From NCBI RefSeq assembly GCF_003918875.1, contig NW_025767099.1, positions 868,001 to 932,000 on the forward strand: DNA of 64,000 bases. Reading direction: 5' to 3'. Shown in pieces: positions 51,201 to 63,874 of this stretch (within the stretch, counting starts at the first letter, position 1; the number at the start of each line of letters is the position of its first letter). Below the pieces are notes generated by a model that saw only the letters and a list, made by a program, of their open reading frames with translations, was not told the origin of the DNA and ran no database searches. The position numbers and the translations under genes are program-made. The DNA comes from Haliotis rubra. Lineage: Eukaryota.

Positions 51201-54070
51201 TGTAAATATTACATTTATACATACTGGTAAATGCCATTTTTGCCGTCACTGTGATAATGTCCAATTTCTTATGTGTTTCACCTTTGGTTAAGATAGTAAG
51301 GGTGATATTTTCTTGTGTTTATAGTTTCTGTTTTTATTCTCATTTTCATATTTCAAATATGAATTTGTTTTGGTGTCGTCTCTTCTCGTCTCATCTCCTA
51401 TCTTACAATTATTTTCATGATATCTCCCATGTTCAGAATATTGTGTAGAGTAAACCATCCTGCAGAAATACGAGCTCGTATTGTTAGCGGTTTTCTTCAG
51501 TTGCAAATGGTTGCCCTGACACTGACTAGAACCAATACTTACACGTTCCTGCCATCCTCCTGATACACGCTGAGGTACAGACCGACTCCATCTTGAGACA
51601 AGGGGCCGCTGAAGGACATTGATATCTCATAATGGCGACCAATGGTCAGAGGCGTGGACAGACGCAGGACAAAGAAATGCCGCAGAGATTCATACGATGT
51701 GTCTGGTACAGTTAGGCTGGCTGTTGAGTTGATGTCTCGCACCTGTTGGCAAAGTGATGTTACAATTTCAAATGTGACTAAGGGCACACGTGACATGTGT
51801 CATAACAGTGTGGCATTTTGGATTGTGCTCTACCCCTCGCCTGTAGGATACAGATATATTTTGGCACACATAAGATTGGTTGTAACAATCTGCCCTTTTG
51901 ATTGTGCCCAAATGTGACCATATGATACATATGTCTGGTTATATCAGCTTTCGTATAATATCATGATTCGGATCGCCTGGATTACACCATCAAAGAACGG
52001 CAACTTTACACTCTGTATTTGCCATCTTCCGCCAAGCCCTGAAAACAGCCTGTCCTGTTCATATTTTCGGCACACAGTTCAAACACATAGAGTTAAATAT
52101 GAAACAGGTCTATTTATCCAGTTTATAGCGCATCCTGAGACCTTAGTACTTCCGATGACAAGCAACGTTTCATTCCTATTCGAATGGACCCATGGTTGTC
52201 AGTTGACAGTAAGGAATCGTTCATTATTGCAGGAATAACAAATTTCCGATCTAACCATCAGCCAACTATTACGACTGTCAACAGCTGTGACAGTCAAGCA
52301 TGGTTGTTTACTTGGTCCGGTCTAGTAAACTCCTATTTGGCGGTCGCGCAATTTGGAACCAGAACTGGTTCTTGAATACGCGCTTGTCACCGGAAATCGA
52401 GTACCGGGAGTAAACTGGGCCCCGTCTCTCATAACACAAACTGGCGCGCGCAAAGGGAGCCGAGAACCAGCTTAGTACCGGAAATAGCGCCTCTCGGGTA
52501 TCACAGGGCCAAATCGCCATTAGGGTACTGGTAACTTTATTTTTCACCATACTGTCACAAAAATATTGGTCAGTCTCACAGTCCCTGAACCAGATTATTT
52601 TCCCTTCCGCCCAGCCCTTTCAGAAGCATTAAAGCCCTAAATAAAGCAAGTCAATTTCCCCAGGTTCAGGCTCAATCTTCCTTCTCACCTTTTCTGACTG
52701 ACTGAGTTTGGTTTTACGCCCCTTTTAGCAATATTCCAGCAAAATCACGGCGGGGGACACCAGAAATGGGCTTCACACATTGTACCCATGTGGGGATTCG
52801 AACCCGGGTCTTTGGCGTGACGAGCCAACGCTTTAACCACTAGGCTACCCCACTGCCCCCCTTTTCAATATGAAAGGACTTGTTTGTTTCTAAGCGCTAG
52901 TCTACAATACCATTGGCTCTCTAATGTACGTAAGTTCAGATTCCGACCTGTATGGTGGCCTTGTCGATGTTGAGTGTAGGATGGGCGTGCAGGGTGATGG
53001 TTGTTGCAGCCTCTTCAGCAACTGTTGCAATGGAGACGGTGCCATTGAAATCAAAAACTCCATTGTCCCCGCCGTAGATGTTGGGCTGGAGAGACAGACT
53101 GTACAGATAGGGCCGCACGGTGATGGGTAGACGATAGTCTCTAGGCGCCTCTGTTGTTGTTGCTGGTGGTGCTATCGTCGTAGCTGTAGTTGTGACCTCG
53201 GGAGCTGGAGTCTTTGTCGTCCGCTCTGGGTCAGCTGGACACACGTCACCTGTCAATATTGATCAGCTGGTGAGTTTGGTATACCGCTACACTGGACAGT
53301 ATTGGGTGTAAGGGTGTAAGGTTAATCTCAGTTAGTGAGTATGGTTTTACGCCGCTTTTAGCAACATCTCAGCAACATTGGTACACCAGGGTCTTCACAC
53401 ATTTTACCCGGGTGGAGAATCGAACCCGGACTTTCGGCGTGGCGAGCGACTATTTTCACTATAAGGCTACCTGAAGCACGCTCGGATAGGCGGACATGTC
53501 TACCACTCTTGTGACGCCAACGATAACAGGTATTTGACATATACAATGAGAAACATTATCAAAGCGAATCTGAGTTTAAGTGAGTGAGTGAATTCGGTTT
53601 TGCATCGCTTTTATATATTAAGACAAGATAGTTGTGCTTAACTTAAGTGATGATCACTGGATTGTCTGGTATTGTCTCGATTATTTACAGATCGCCGCCA
53701 TATAGCTGAAATATAGCTGAGTTTGGTGACAAACACCAAATCTACCAAAGAACCAAGCTTAACCTAACCAGAGGAATGTACGTGTATTTATAAAGAAACA
53801 CTTACAGATTTCCTCTCCAGTGCCATCCTTGACCAGGTCAATACACATCTGCCTGAGGGCCTCCGGACTCTGGGCAGGGGTCTGTGACTGACCACACTCA
53901 CACACTAACTCCCCACCCCCGGAGAAGTGTACAAGGATCCCCACTCCGACAGAAATGGCAACAGCCAGGAGCAGCAGTATGAAGCCATGGACCGCGGACA
54001 CGTAGCAGCCGGACCCTCCACGGTCTGAGGAATTGCTCTCCGAGTCCAGAGAGGTGTTCTGTAACGCCAT
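26347..54070 (-). CDS. M1 family aminopeptidase N-like type II membrane metallopeptidase (22 exons, about 1000 aa; two lesions in this assembly)
   Basis: Exons: 54070-53806 (TM anchor), 53249-52948 (Thr-rich stalk, YRLP), 51742-51543, 49190-49020 ([17 protein letters not shown]), 48465-48354 (MPTYLLAF), 47395-47275, 46712-46561 (GAMENWG, HEIAH), 43764-43651 (WFGNLV...LWLNE, HEXXH-18-E), 43023-42888 (+1 frameshift; TITYSK), 42253-42188, 41848-41783, 41228-41053, 40844-40738, 39193-39063 (GFYRVNY), remnant ~37272-37238 (IINDAW), 36746-36599, 35959-35880, 34730-34623, 29743-29576, 28682-28542, 27715-27637, 26496-26347 (TGA). Confidence 0.92.
28176..28322. mobile_element. Hairpin-type non-autonomous element (possibly Crypton-related)
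   Basis: About 60-bp imperfect inverted arms around the loop cctcggcaagcctcgg. Confidence 0.5.
31916..34490 (+). mobile_element. Crypton-type tyrosine-recombinase (DUF3504-like) DNA transposon, decayed
   Basis: ORF pieces 32458-32784, 33371-33898 ([24 protein letters not shown]) and 33945-34301 ([13 protein letters not shown]...[11 protein letters not shown]) carry the R...H-x-x-R...H...Y tyrosine-recombinase residues, with H to Y in NHSLR. A 40-bp hairpin at 31916-32022 and a related motif at about 34450-34488 mark the ends. Lies in APN intron 18. Confidence 0.8.
35075..35340 (-). mobile_element. SINE family D (CORE-like body)
   Basis: Minus strand reads ...ggcaagtgagtttg...ctctgttcacccagcagaaaatgggtacc with an (ATT)n tail. 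Its 3' part matches window positions 1-140 (+). Confidence 0.55.
35423..35789 (-). mobile_element. tRNA-derived SINE family C (RUDI/V-SINE-like)
   Basis: tRNA head, body cgcgtcataccaaaagacg...gctagcactataaaa, (TCACC)n tail, TSD acctgatttgtga. Near-identical to 50295-50650. Confidence 0.85.
36283..36456 (+). mobile_element. SINE family A copy
   Basis: Full-length copy with tRNA-like head and (ACTC)n tail. Confidence 0.85.
36975..37205. repeat. About 77-bp tandem triplication
   Basis: tacagcagtatttacgctgtaatgacaacttgagaccagaatg... repeated three times. Confidence 0.9.
37270..37860. repeat. AT-rich minisatellite of about 32 bp
   Basis: Unit atatgagagagtattagtaataataataatac. Confidence 0.93.
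38200..38990 (-). mobile_element. Degenerate Penelope-like retroelement reverse transcriptase fragment
   Basis: Frame-hopping translation gives [38 protein letters not shown] (YIDD equivalent), [21 protein letters not shown] and [10 protein letters not shown], in the motif order of PLE RTs. Confidence 0.7.
39642..40410. repeat. (GGAT)n microsatellite with assembly gaps
   Basis: GGAT repeats beside N runs at 39214-39641 and 39725-40185. Confidence 0.85.
43845..45410. repeat. 52-53-bp minisatellite with an internal inverted block
   Basis: Same family as 4060-5365; units at about 44945-45050 are reverse-complemented. Confidence 0.93.
46842..47159. mobile_element. MITE with about 5 internal 53-bp tandem units (PIF/Harbinger-like ends)
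   Basis: 18-bp imperfect TIRs ggtctcgatccacaaagc / gctttgtgtatcgggctc with a CAG duplication on both sides. Confidence 0.7.
47457..47695 (+). mobile_element. SINE-like family B copy
   Basis: Full-length copy with (ACTC)n tail. Confidence 0.85.
49570..49735 (+). mobile_element. SINE family A copy
   Basis: Full-length; TSD tgtaacattcct. Confidence 0.88.
50295..50650 (+). mobile_element. tRNA-derived SINE family C copy
   Basis: Near-identical to 35423-35789 in the opposite orientation. Confidence 0.85.
52695..52862 (-). mobile_element. SINE family A copy
   Basis: Full-length; short TSD ccttttc. Confidence 0.85.
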
Positions 54071-54534
54071 GTTGTCCAGCACCTTGACTAACTCCTACAG
54101 AACCTCCCCAGCGTGTCCCCCGTCACTGAACAGTGGTATAGAACTAGGACGAGGGTGCGTATGAATATATCGGCTGTGAATTATGGGTACTTCAGTCGTA
54201 GAGGGCATGGTTGTAAAAACGTGGTCACGACTAACCCAACTAACAATCCGCTGTGCACTATAAAACCTAAGGATTTAATATTGCAACATTTTAGGCATTA
54301 TGAAGATGCATGTTATTAACCGTAATAAGGACAGCTTCCTAACAAGTCGTTTTTTTTATCATTCGTTCGTTCGTTCGTATATTTTTCATTTCGTTCAATT
54401 AGCCATGCAAATTTCTTTCATTTCTTAATTTACCCCGTGGAGTCGAAATACGCACTACATATGCACAGACATACATCCGAATGTTATAATAGAATTATGT
54501 GTATAAAGTGATTCACACGACAGTATCTATATCT

Positions 54535-55059
54535 TATAGTCTGTTTGCAGTGAAAACGTACCGATGAATTTCACTTTAAACAAAAAAGTAAATCAAATAA
54601 AGTGAAATTAAGATTGCGAATCCTCATAATTTTACCTTGCCAATTGAACATTTAAATCTCAGAATTGTATTCAACTTGGGATAAAAGTTGTTTAACAAAC
54701 GATCATAGATTCAAATTGCTATTATTGATTTGTATTACAAGGGGGTAAGCGCAGTAGTTGGAACAGTGAAACAAAAGCACGTGCACACGTGGTGAGCGTT
54801 AATTTAGACCAGCCCTACTTGTTGTCGGTGTTTCATTTAATGTGCATATCCCCTTGTAATACAAACCAATAATAGCGATTTGAAACTATGATCGTTTCTT
54901 AAACAACCTTTATTCTAAGTTAAACAAAATTCTGAGATTTATATGTCCAATTGGCAAGGTAAAATTATGAGGATTCGCAATCTTAATTTCACTTTATTTG
55001 ATTTACGCTTTAGTTTAAAGTGAAATTCATCGGTACGTTTTCACTGCAAACAGACTATA
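54535..55059. mobile_element. Fold-back MITE with about 210-bp inverted arms
   Basis: tatagtctgtttgcagtgaaaacgtaccgatg... is mirrored by ...catcggtacgttttcactgcaaacagactata, with a spacer of about 100 bp. Confidence 0.85.
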
Positions 55060-56141
55060 GTATAGGCTCAGATTCACAGGCACCGGTATAACGCATATAC
55101 CACTTACAGCGAACTTTAAGCAGTATTTACATCAAAACTACACACAGAACTAGCTGATTAGATGTTGACAACAGTCTTGTGGGACAAGTGGTACCGTGAA
55201 GAACTGCACATCATGATGGTGCAGATTCCTATCCCGTCGAAGTTTAAAACTATACTGTCTTCACAAACGTTATATGTCGACTTCATAAACGTTATACGTC
55301 GTTATGCTTTGTCGACCCGTGAAGATCCGGGTAAGAATTGATCTTCAGTAACGACTTCAGGCGACTGACGGGATTGGGCGGTGAGGCTCGCTGACCTGGT
55401 TGACACATGTCATCGTATCCAAATTGCGCAGATCGATGATCATGCTGTTGCTCACTGGATTGTCTGGTCCAGACTCGCTTATTTACAGACCGTATCGCTG
55501 AAATATTGCTGAGTGCGGCGTAAACCTAAACTCACTCACTCACTTACTGCTTTGTCACTTTGTTGTACAGGAAACAAAACAAGACAATGAAACAACGCCT
55601 AGTTAATACAGTACTGTCGCTTATACTTTTATAGCCTCATACATCGAAATTCATGTGGAAACGTAACTTTATTTATAAATATACGTAACGAATGTCAAGT
55701 AGGTACACGAGTCTTTCCTATTGTTCGACCGTAACAGTTCAGTCCGTAAACATGTTTAGACCTGGACGTATAACCACGTGAAATACTTAACAGAACAGTT
55801 TATTCTGAGCAAAAAGAAGAGGATGCTTTCCGGAATAAAAATTTGTCATCAATTCAGTCCAAGATGACATGATACCAGGATGATGTTGTACAAAACAACC
55901 GTATCGCTAAGACTACCTTAAGTGTATGGTAGGTAGGTAGATAAGGTTTTAGGGCGAACTTGGGCCTTAAAAGGCCTATATGCGCCCAACCTTAAGTGTA
56001 TGTTAAGGTATGGGAGTTACGGTTACTTTAGCGCTAAAGATAGCTTTGTAAAACGGGACCCTGATTGGCAATTAAATACGTCACAACGACGTACAATGTA
56101 CGTGTACTTTTAAATACGTTCACATCTACTTAGCACAGTGT

Positions 56142-56310
56142 CTGACTGACTGACTGAGTTTGGTTTTACGCCCCTTTTAGCAATATTCCAGCAACATCAT
56201 GGCGGGGGACACAAGAAATGGGCTTCACACATTGTACCCATGTGGGGATTCGAACCCGGGTCTTCGGCGTGACGAGCCAACGCTTTAACCACTAGGCTTC
56301 CCCCCGCCCC
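56142..56310 (-). mobile_element. SINE family A copy
   Basis: TSD acttagcacagtgt. Confidence 0.88.
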
Positions 56311-58159
56311 ACTTAGCACAGTGTAATTTAATTTACTTTATAATTTTTCGGAAAGCAACGAGGTTTGATGATTAACGAACTATTAAAATGTGAACCAAAT
56401 ATTTTCTTTAACTTATCCTATTGCAGTCCATCTTTTAACAGATGGTCGTAAAATCTGTTTACTTTGCTGGACCATCGAGTGTTGGACAAACAGAGATATC
56501 GTCAGTACGATGCGTCAGTATGATATGTTACGAACACTTGAAGGGAGATGTGGGTACCTGCCATCAAGTACCGTGTGATCATAACTCATTGTTTGTATTA
56601 GAGGTGTAGCGAATGATGGAATTATGGAGGCATTGTGACGTCGTGTCGAAAACTAGACTGAAAGCTGAAAAAGCATCTTCCCAATCACCGTCACCTGTCT
56701 ATGTTATATCAGTAATATCTGGACTAATCTTTGCCGTAACGACTGACCACGTGTTCGTTAAGCTGGCCGGCCACATACTTACATATAACCACTCCTGCAA
56801 ACACTTTCACATTCAATAAATATTTTATTGCTTGTCCGTCAAATAGACTCTAAAACAAGTGTCTCATTAAACCCTTGCAAGGCATAATAGTTGGGAAGTC
56901 TAGATTACTACAGTGTCAGTTTCTGAAATGTTAGTGAGATGTTTCAATAAATGTTCATTTCTGTCAAATGTGTCTGAGATTACACATTACTGAAACAATC
57001 CCGTAGGAAAGTATGTATTAAACATGTCAATCAGAGTTACCTCCCTTACACGTCTCCAGGATCTCATGAACTAACGGTGTCTCAGATTTTTATATCTTGC
57101 GTCAAGTCGAATTCAGGAAGCTGCCGTTTTACCAAATATGTGCTTTTCACAGATTGATATTTTCAACGGCTTGTTTTGTTTTTTAAATCAGTTTATATTT
57201 TTTAGACATGCCTTGTACACAATCTGACAAATTTTGACAAGACGCATAACCAGCAGTAAATGAGTCGTCAGCGTGTATTTGTACCACAGCTTGTCTTGTC
57301 ACTAATTAGGAAATCCCTAATTGGAGAAGGCCTAAAATATGTAGTCCTTTGTTGAAACTGGCGACAAGAGGTATTGGATTCGACCCCACGATAATAGAAT
57401 ACAATACCTTACACGAATACAACACTTTACGCGAATGAACCACCTGACGCACCTGCACTTATTGTTTCGGCAATACCCTTGGCTAAAAAAGTTATATATA
57501 TTTTTTTAAGTTTAATTTTTTAAATTTCTTAAGCGTGGTTACGTTCCATATTCCCACATTTATGGCGGTATATATTATCATCAAAGGTCTCCGCCTAGCA
57601 CACAATAAACAATTCATTTATAAATCAACTTTAAAGTTAACATGTCGTAGCGTTATGTAAACCGCACAATGTACACACGCTCAGCGAGGATTCAGATGCA
57701 AGCCAGTTGTTCAAAATATATAGTTGTTTAAAAATATATTTATCTTACCTATAAATTATATTTCAATTCTCATTAGTGTTGGTGTGTTTGTATCTGTCCT
57801 CGTTAAATTTCTCACCACGGAAATGGGAAATGTTTACGTGTCAAATGTTCATATTTAATGTGCGGTTTACTACCTATCCACAGAGTTGCCATACTTTATC
57901 CAGTGTTGATATAGTTTTGACTGATGTGTACAACAGTACCTTCAATGGCCTCTCTATGTACCTGTAAGTATGGCTACCTTGTCCTCGGGGACTGTTATAT
58001 TGCCTTAATATGGGATTTGAAGCACGGACCTTCTGATCTGAAGTCGGTTACTTTGTCAATTTGTTGAAGGAGATCAAGGTCGTCACCAAGCGGTCACGAT
58101 GTCATCTATGGAATGGCTCGTCATATTTATAACATTATTTAACATGTCACCGGTATTGA

Positions 58160-59030
58160 CATCCATATAGAGGTCACCGTCTGTATCTTCCATTACCTTC
58201 ATATAGAGGTCATAGTGTGTATCTTCCATGACCTTCATATAGAGGTCGCAGTATGTATCTTCCATGACCTTCATATAGAGGTCATAGTGTGTATCTTCCA
58301 TGACCTTCATATAGAGGTCACAATGTGTATCTTCCATGACCTTCATATAGAGGTCACGGTGTGTATCTTCCATTACCTTCATATAGAGGCCACAGTTTGT
58401 ATCTTCCATTACCTTCATATAGAGGCCACAGTGTGTATCATCCATTACCTTCATATAGAGGCCGCAGTGTGTATCTTCAATGACCTTCATATAGAGGCCA
58501 CGGTGTGTATCTTCCATTGCCTTCATATAGAGGCCACGGTGTGTATCTTCCATGCCCTTCATATAGAGGCCACGGTGTGTATCTTCCATGACCTTCATAT
58601 AGGGGCCACGGTGTGTATCTTCCATTACCTTCATATAGAGGCCACAGTGTGTATCATCCATTACCTTCATATAGAGGCCACAGTGTGTATCTTCCATGAC
58701 CTTCATATAGAGGCCACGGTGTGTATCTTCCATGACCTTCATATAGAGGCCACGGTGTGTATCTTCCATGACCTTCATATAGAGGCCACGGTGTGTATCT
58801 TCCATGACCTTCATATAAACGTCACAGTGTGTATCTCCATGACCTTCATATAGAGGCCACGGTGTGTATCTTCTATGACCTTCATCTTGAGGTTACAGTA
58901 TGTATCTTCCATGACCTTCATATAAACGTCACAATGTGTATCTTCCATGCCCTTCAAATAGAGATCACAGTGTGTATCTCCATGACCTTCATATAGAGGT
59001 CACGGTGTGTATCTTCTATGACCTTCATGT
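58160..59030. repeat. 36-bp minisatellite, about 24 copies
   Basis: Unit gtgtgtatcttccatgaccttcatatagaggccacg. Confidence 0.95.
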
Positions 59031-60609
59031 GATGCTTTAAAACATCAATAATGTTGTAAAAAATTTGACGGATATATAAATTGATTGATGCCAGATTTTA
59101 ATACCTTTGATCGAGTAAATATACATGAAAAAAGCTTAGCGTCACAATCGGTTTGTACAAACCAATTAAGGGCAAACCCGTTGGAAAGTAGAGTACATTC
59201 AAGGTGTTTCAATTATCTAAAACATATATATGTTCCGTCATACTGTGTGAAGATCATGTGCCGATATGCTTTGTTTGCAGATCATGTGCGCAATGCTTTG
59301 AGGAAATATCATGTGCCGCTATGGCTGAAGATTATGTGTTGCAATGCTGTTAATGAAGATCATGTTCCGCTATGCTCTGTATGAAGACCATGTGCCGTTA
59401 TGTTCTGTGTGAAGACCATGTGCAGTTATGCTCTGTGTGAAGACCATGTGCCGTTATGCTCTGTGTGAAGAACATGTGCCGTTATGTTCTGTGTGAAGAT
59501 CATGATCCAATGTTATGCTCTTTGGGCACTATGGTTTCATTTGAATACCCTATGCCTCTGTGCCTCTATGCGTTATGAGTCTCCCTGCTGCTATAGTAAT
59601 GTGTATATCACAGTAGCATTACTGTACAGTACCTGACGCAACCAACAAGTGCCGGGTGTGAGAATATTTAATGTTCCACAATCCTCCTTATAGATTACTC
59701 CTGTAAATAATCAACCCTGGACCACACAAACCAATGATTAAAATCGTGAGCAACGAACCACGCCATAGGGTCCTCACATAAGAACTACATCCCATAAAGA
59801 TTACAGCTTAAAGGAAAACATGTTATGGTCCAGTGCACAGATTAACTACATGCTGTCACCTGCATCTGCTTAATGGATTTGCCCAACAGAAAACAAATAA
59901 AACATATATAACATTTTTGCTGCTGTAGTTCATGTTGGTTTTGATAGTAAATAGTTTGCTGTCACAAAATGTAAATTTGCAGTTTTCAGTTATGATTAAA
60001 CAAGATCCACATCGAGGTGTTTAACATTTTGTTACACTGACTGATAAACCTTTTTTCATAGTATCACTTTTGTACAAAATTGGAAGATTTGCTTTCATAA
60101 TGGACATATTGTACAGTTATTAGGATTGTAGGTACAAACAAATGGAAGAATGTCCGTTTCTGTATTTGTTTCTTCTGTTTTCATAAGTGTCTCTCTTGGG
60201 ACTTTTACTGCTTTATGAACAGCATGTTCAACTACCTAAGAAGATATATCTTATATATCTATTACATATTACCTATTGTCACTAACTGTAACGTCACACG
60301 CATGATGACGTCATAGCTACTGCCGTTATGCGTCACTTAGTTTTCATTGTACACATGAAGAGCCGTTGAACGGCGAAAGATCTTGTGCAGATAAAATCTG
60401 GAGTTTTATATACAGATGTATAGATAGTTCATCTATAGATAGGCTTACATATTTAATGTGATAATTTAGTGTCACTTTCATCCTCAGTGTTCAATCTGAT
60501 CCATGTAGAACTAGTTTAGTCCAGCTTCAATAAGTAGCCAACTGCATCGTGGTACTGGATTGCAGTCTGTAACAACACTATTTTAACTCAAAAATTCATT
60601 CGTTGATAT

Positions 60610-61180
60610 TTCACCTTTACTCAAATATACCTTTGCCTTTACTGCAATAAACCTTTACCTTTACTCTAATATACCTTTACCTTTACCCCAATATACCTTC
60701 ACCTTTACACCAATATACCTTTACCTTTACTCTAATATACCTTCACCTTTACCCCAATATACCTTCACCTTTACACCAATATACCTTTACCTTTACTCTA
60801 ATATACCTTCACCTTTACCCCAATATACCTTCACCTTTACACCAATATACCTTTACCTTTACTCCAATATACCTTCACCTTTACACCAATATACCTTTAC
60901 CTTTACTCCAATATACCTTTACCTTTACTCTAATATACCTTTACCTTTACCCAATATACCTTCACCTTTACACCAATATACCTTTACCTTTACTCTAATA
61001 TACCTTCACCTTTACCCCAATATACCTTCACCTTTACACCAATATACCTTCACCTTTACCCCAATATACCTTTACCTTTACCCCAATATACCTTTACCTT
61101 TACTCCAATATACCTTTACCTTTACTCCAATATACCTTTACCTTTACTCTAATATACCTTTACCTTTACTCTAATATACT
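60610..61180. repeat. 22-bp minisatellite
   Basis: Unit ctttacctttactccaatatac. Confidence 0.93.
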
Positions 61181-61826
61181 AAGCTTGGCTTGTTTGTTTC
61201 TATCATATGAATTCAAGAACATTCACCAACTACAACATACCCTTCTCTCTTGTCCTTTACTTTCTGGTTATTAAATTACCTATACAACAACATAAGTACT
61301 GGTCAATAGGATGGTAAGCATGTAGTTCTTCTGGGAGAGCTGATGGGCTGTGCTCATTACATGCCATGGGGGTGCCTCTACTCAGATAATTTAGTTAGTT
61401 AATTTGGGATGTAGTTCAAATGAGCCAAACTACCCGAGCAACAATTTCAGACAAGATAATTCCGGGACTTTGTTCCAGCAATCCCCAATGAGTAAGTGAT
61501 GAGGGACACACGTCTCTGGGGGATGGTGATGTCACTCTGTCATCACCATGCTGTGTAGCGGAAGCCAGTATAAGAAAACTAACGATCTTGCGCATCAGTC
61601 AGTGTGTAGATGGGGTAAAGGAGACGTTCAACCCAACTCACTTACTCATAGTTGAGAAAAGCAGTTACCTTGGACCTTATGTGGAAAAGTCTCATATCCC
61701 AGTCTTTGCAAACAAAATGAGCTTTAATTTCCACTCATTGCAGGCATTAACGGAAAACAAAAACCATCTTGGGATTAATGGGGTTCAGTGGCTTCGGCTA
61801 TTAGTTTCTAAGGATAACTATATAGA

Positions 61827-61992
61827 CTGACTGACTGAGTTTGGTTTTACGCCGCTTTTAGCAATATTCCAGCAATATCACGGCGGGGGACACCAGAAAT
61901 GGGCTTCACTCATTGTACCCATGTGGGGATTCGAACCCGGGTCTTCGGCGTGACGAGCCAACGCTTTAACCACTAGGCTACCCCACCGCCCC
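61827..61992 (-). mobile_element. SINE family A copy
   Basis: TSD gataactatataga. Confidence 0.88.
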
Positions 61993-62997
61993 GATAACTA
62001 TATAGAAGATTTAACGAATTGTATTTTTTGGGTCTTTTTTATTTGTTCTATATTTAGTCAAGGCATGTAACGAACTACTGATATAACGAGTGAGTGAGAT
62101 TTAGTTTTACGCCGCACCTTTTCAGCTATATTGGCGGCGGTCTGGACCAGACAATCCAGTGATCAACAGCATGTGCATCGATCTACGCAATTGGGAACTG
62201 ATGACATGTGTCAATCAAGTCAGCGAGCCTGACCACCCGATCCCGTTAGTCGCCTCTTACGACAAGCATGGGTTACTGAAGATCAATATTCTAACTCGGA
62301 TCTTCAAGGGTACTGCTCTTCACTCACTCACCCGTTTCCAAGCCACCGTCTCCTACATATAATTGCAACATGACAACAACGTACCATACATCATGTACAT
62401 AGGTTAAGAGTGGACTTCTTGTCATTTTATTTCAATAAAGACATGAACATATAGTGGGTATCAATATATCTTAAACCTTATCATTTTGAGCTATTTGGCG
62501 AAGAAATTCAACATCTTAAGAACTGCAATATCCTCATCATAATTTGCATTCAATCACTCAAATACACGGACGAATTGTTTGGTCACTCAATGAAACTTAC
62601 ATATTTAAGTATTCTATAAATCGCCTAAATCAATCAGGAATGTACAAATTGCTGGCAAATATCACGCAAGTTTCAATGATCTACACATTGACTGTAACAT
62701 ATATAAATTCACGGGCGAAAGAAACGTCACCAAAATTATTTTTTTAATCTCTTATCGTACACTAAGTGATTATTCATATCTGTAGTTTACTCTTTCGTCA
62801 TTCAGAATGTTGTAAATCCATTAATTTTTCCAAATATGATTGTTAAATTTCCAAAATCTGAGTTTGTTTTGTGACATGTTAAAAAAGCGAGGTGGGTTTC
62901 TTTCGCCCATGAGGTTACAAACTTATTCGACACATAGCGATTCACGTTTAATGTTAACACTGCAAGATCCGTGACCTGGAAGACATTTAAGGCGAGT

Positions 62998-63141
62998 TTA
63001 TATCTGAGACTTGAGCCATGTCTCAAACACTCCGTAATTCTTCTTCAGCCAGTTGATGTTTGTTGTTGTTCTGTCCAGAACTTCCTTAAACGCCGTCCCC
63101 GCCTCGGATACATCATCGCCGCTGTTCATGAAGTCCTCCAC
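62998..63141 (-). CDS. Terminal exon of a second aminopeptidase N-like paralog (rest lies beyond the window)
   Basis: Acceptor ttgcttcag, then VEDFMNSGDDVSEAGTAFKEVLDRTTTNINWLKKNYGVFETWLKSQI*, homologous to exon 26496-26347 ([43 protein letters not shown]). Confidence 0.85.
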   Translation of the reverse strand: MEDFMNSGDDVSEAGTAFKEVLDRTTTNINWLKKNYGVFETWLKSQI

Positions 63142-63874
63142 CTGAAGCAAAGATTCATTGTCCTCAACCTGACCATTAATATTTCACAAATATCTGTCAC
63201 TCGTGAATGCACGGAATCCAGTAGTAATCCGGATCTGAATAAGGTTAATCCTTACGTTTATATCAAGTTAGACTGACAGGTACGTAGATTGATGTCTGTG
63301 GTGTTAATCACTGGATTGCCTGGTCCAAAGTCGAAGTTACACGAGCCATCGTCATACTGGTAGAATACTGCTCAGTGTGGAGGAAACGAAGCAGCATACG
63401 TCCTGCCCTCATCACCCCTCTCAATCCAACACCACCCCCACCCCCACCCCGACTCCACCCACCCCTCATTCCCTGACATACATAATAGTCTCCAACACCA
63501 CGACCATCACGTAATATATGTCATGTGTTGGTAAATTTGTCTAAGTTTTCACTGCACAGCAGCCCAGTTATACCACGCTTGATTAAGCAAGCCCCGAAGT
63601 GAAGCTGATCTGGAAAGCATACCACTTTGGAAAAAAACAGGTACACTATAGGTGGTAGGTTTAGTAACGCGATAAGCCGGGATTTGAACCCATATTTATG
63701 GGTTTCTGGCAAGGGTCACAACTCTATAAAAATACCCATACCTTCTTGTACTCTTGCTCTGTGTTGTACTTCTCAGAACTCTCCCGGATTATTCGGTACA
63801 GTCCTGATCGGGTTGTTATCCTGCAAACAACACTCAGATATTAATGAAACTTATTCTGTTTTGTTGTTGACGTT

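Noticed and set aside
58083-58853. MKVMEDTHRGLY-repeat ORF and its antisense ORF
   Set aside because: 36-bp minisatellite with no unique coding flanks or splice context.
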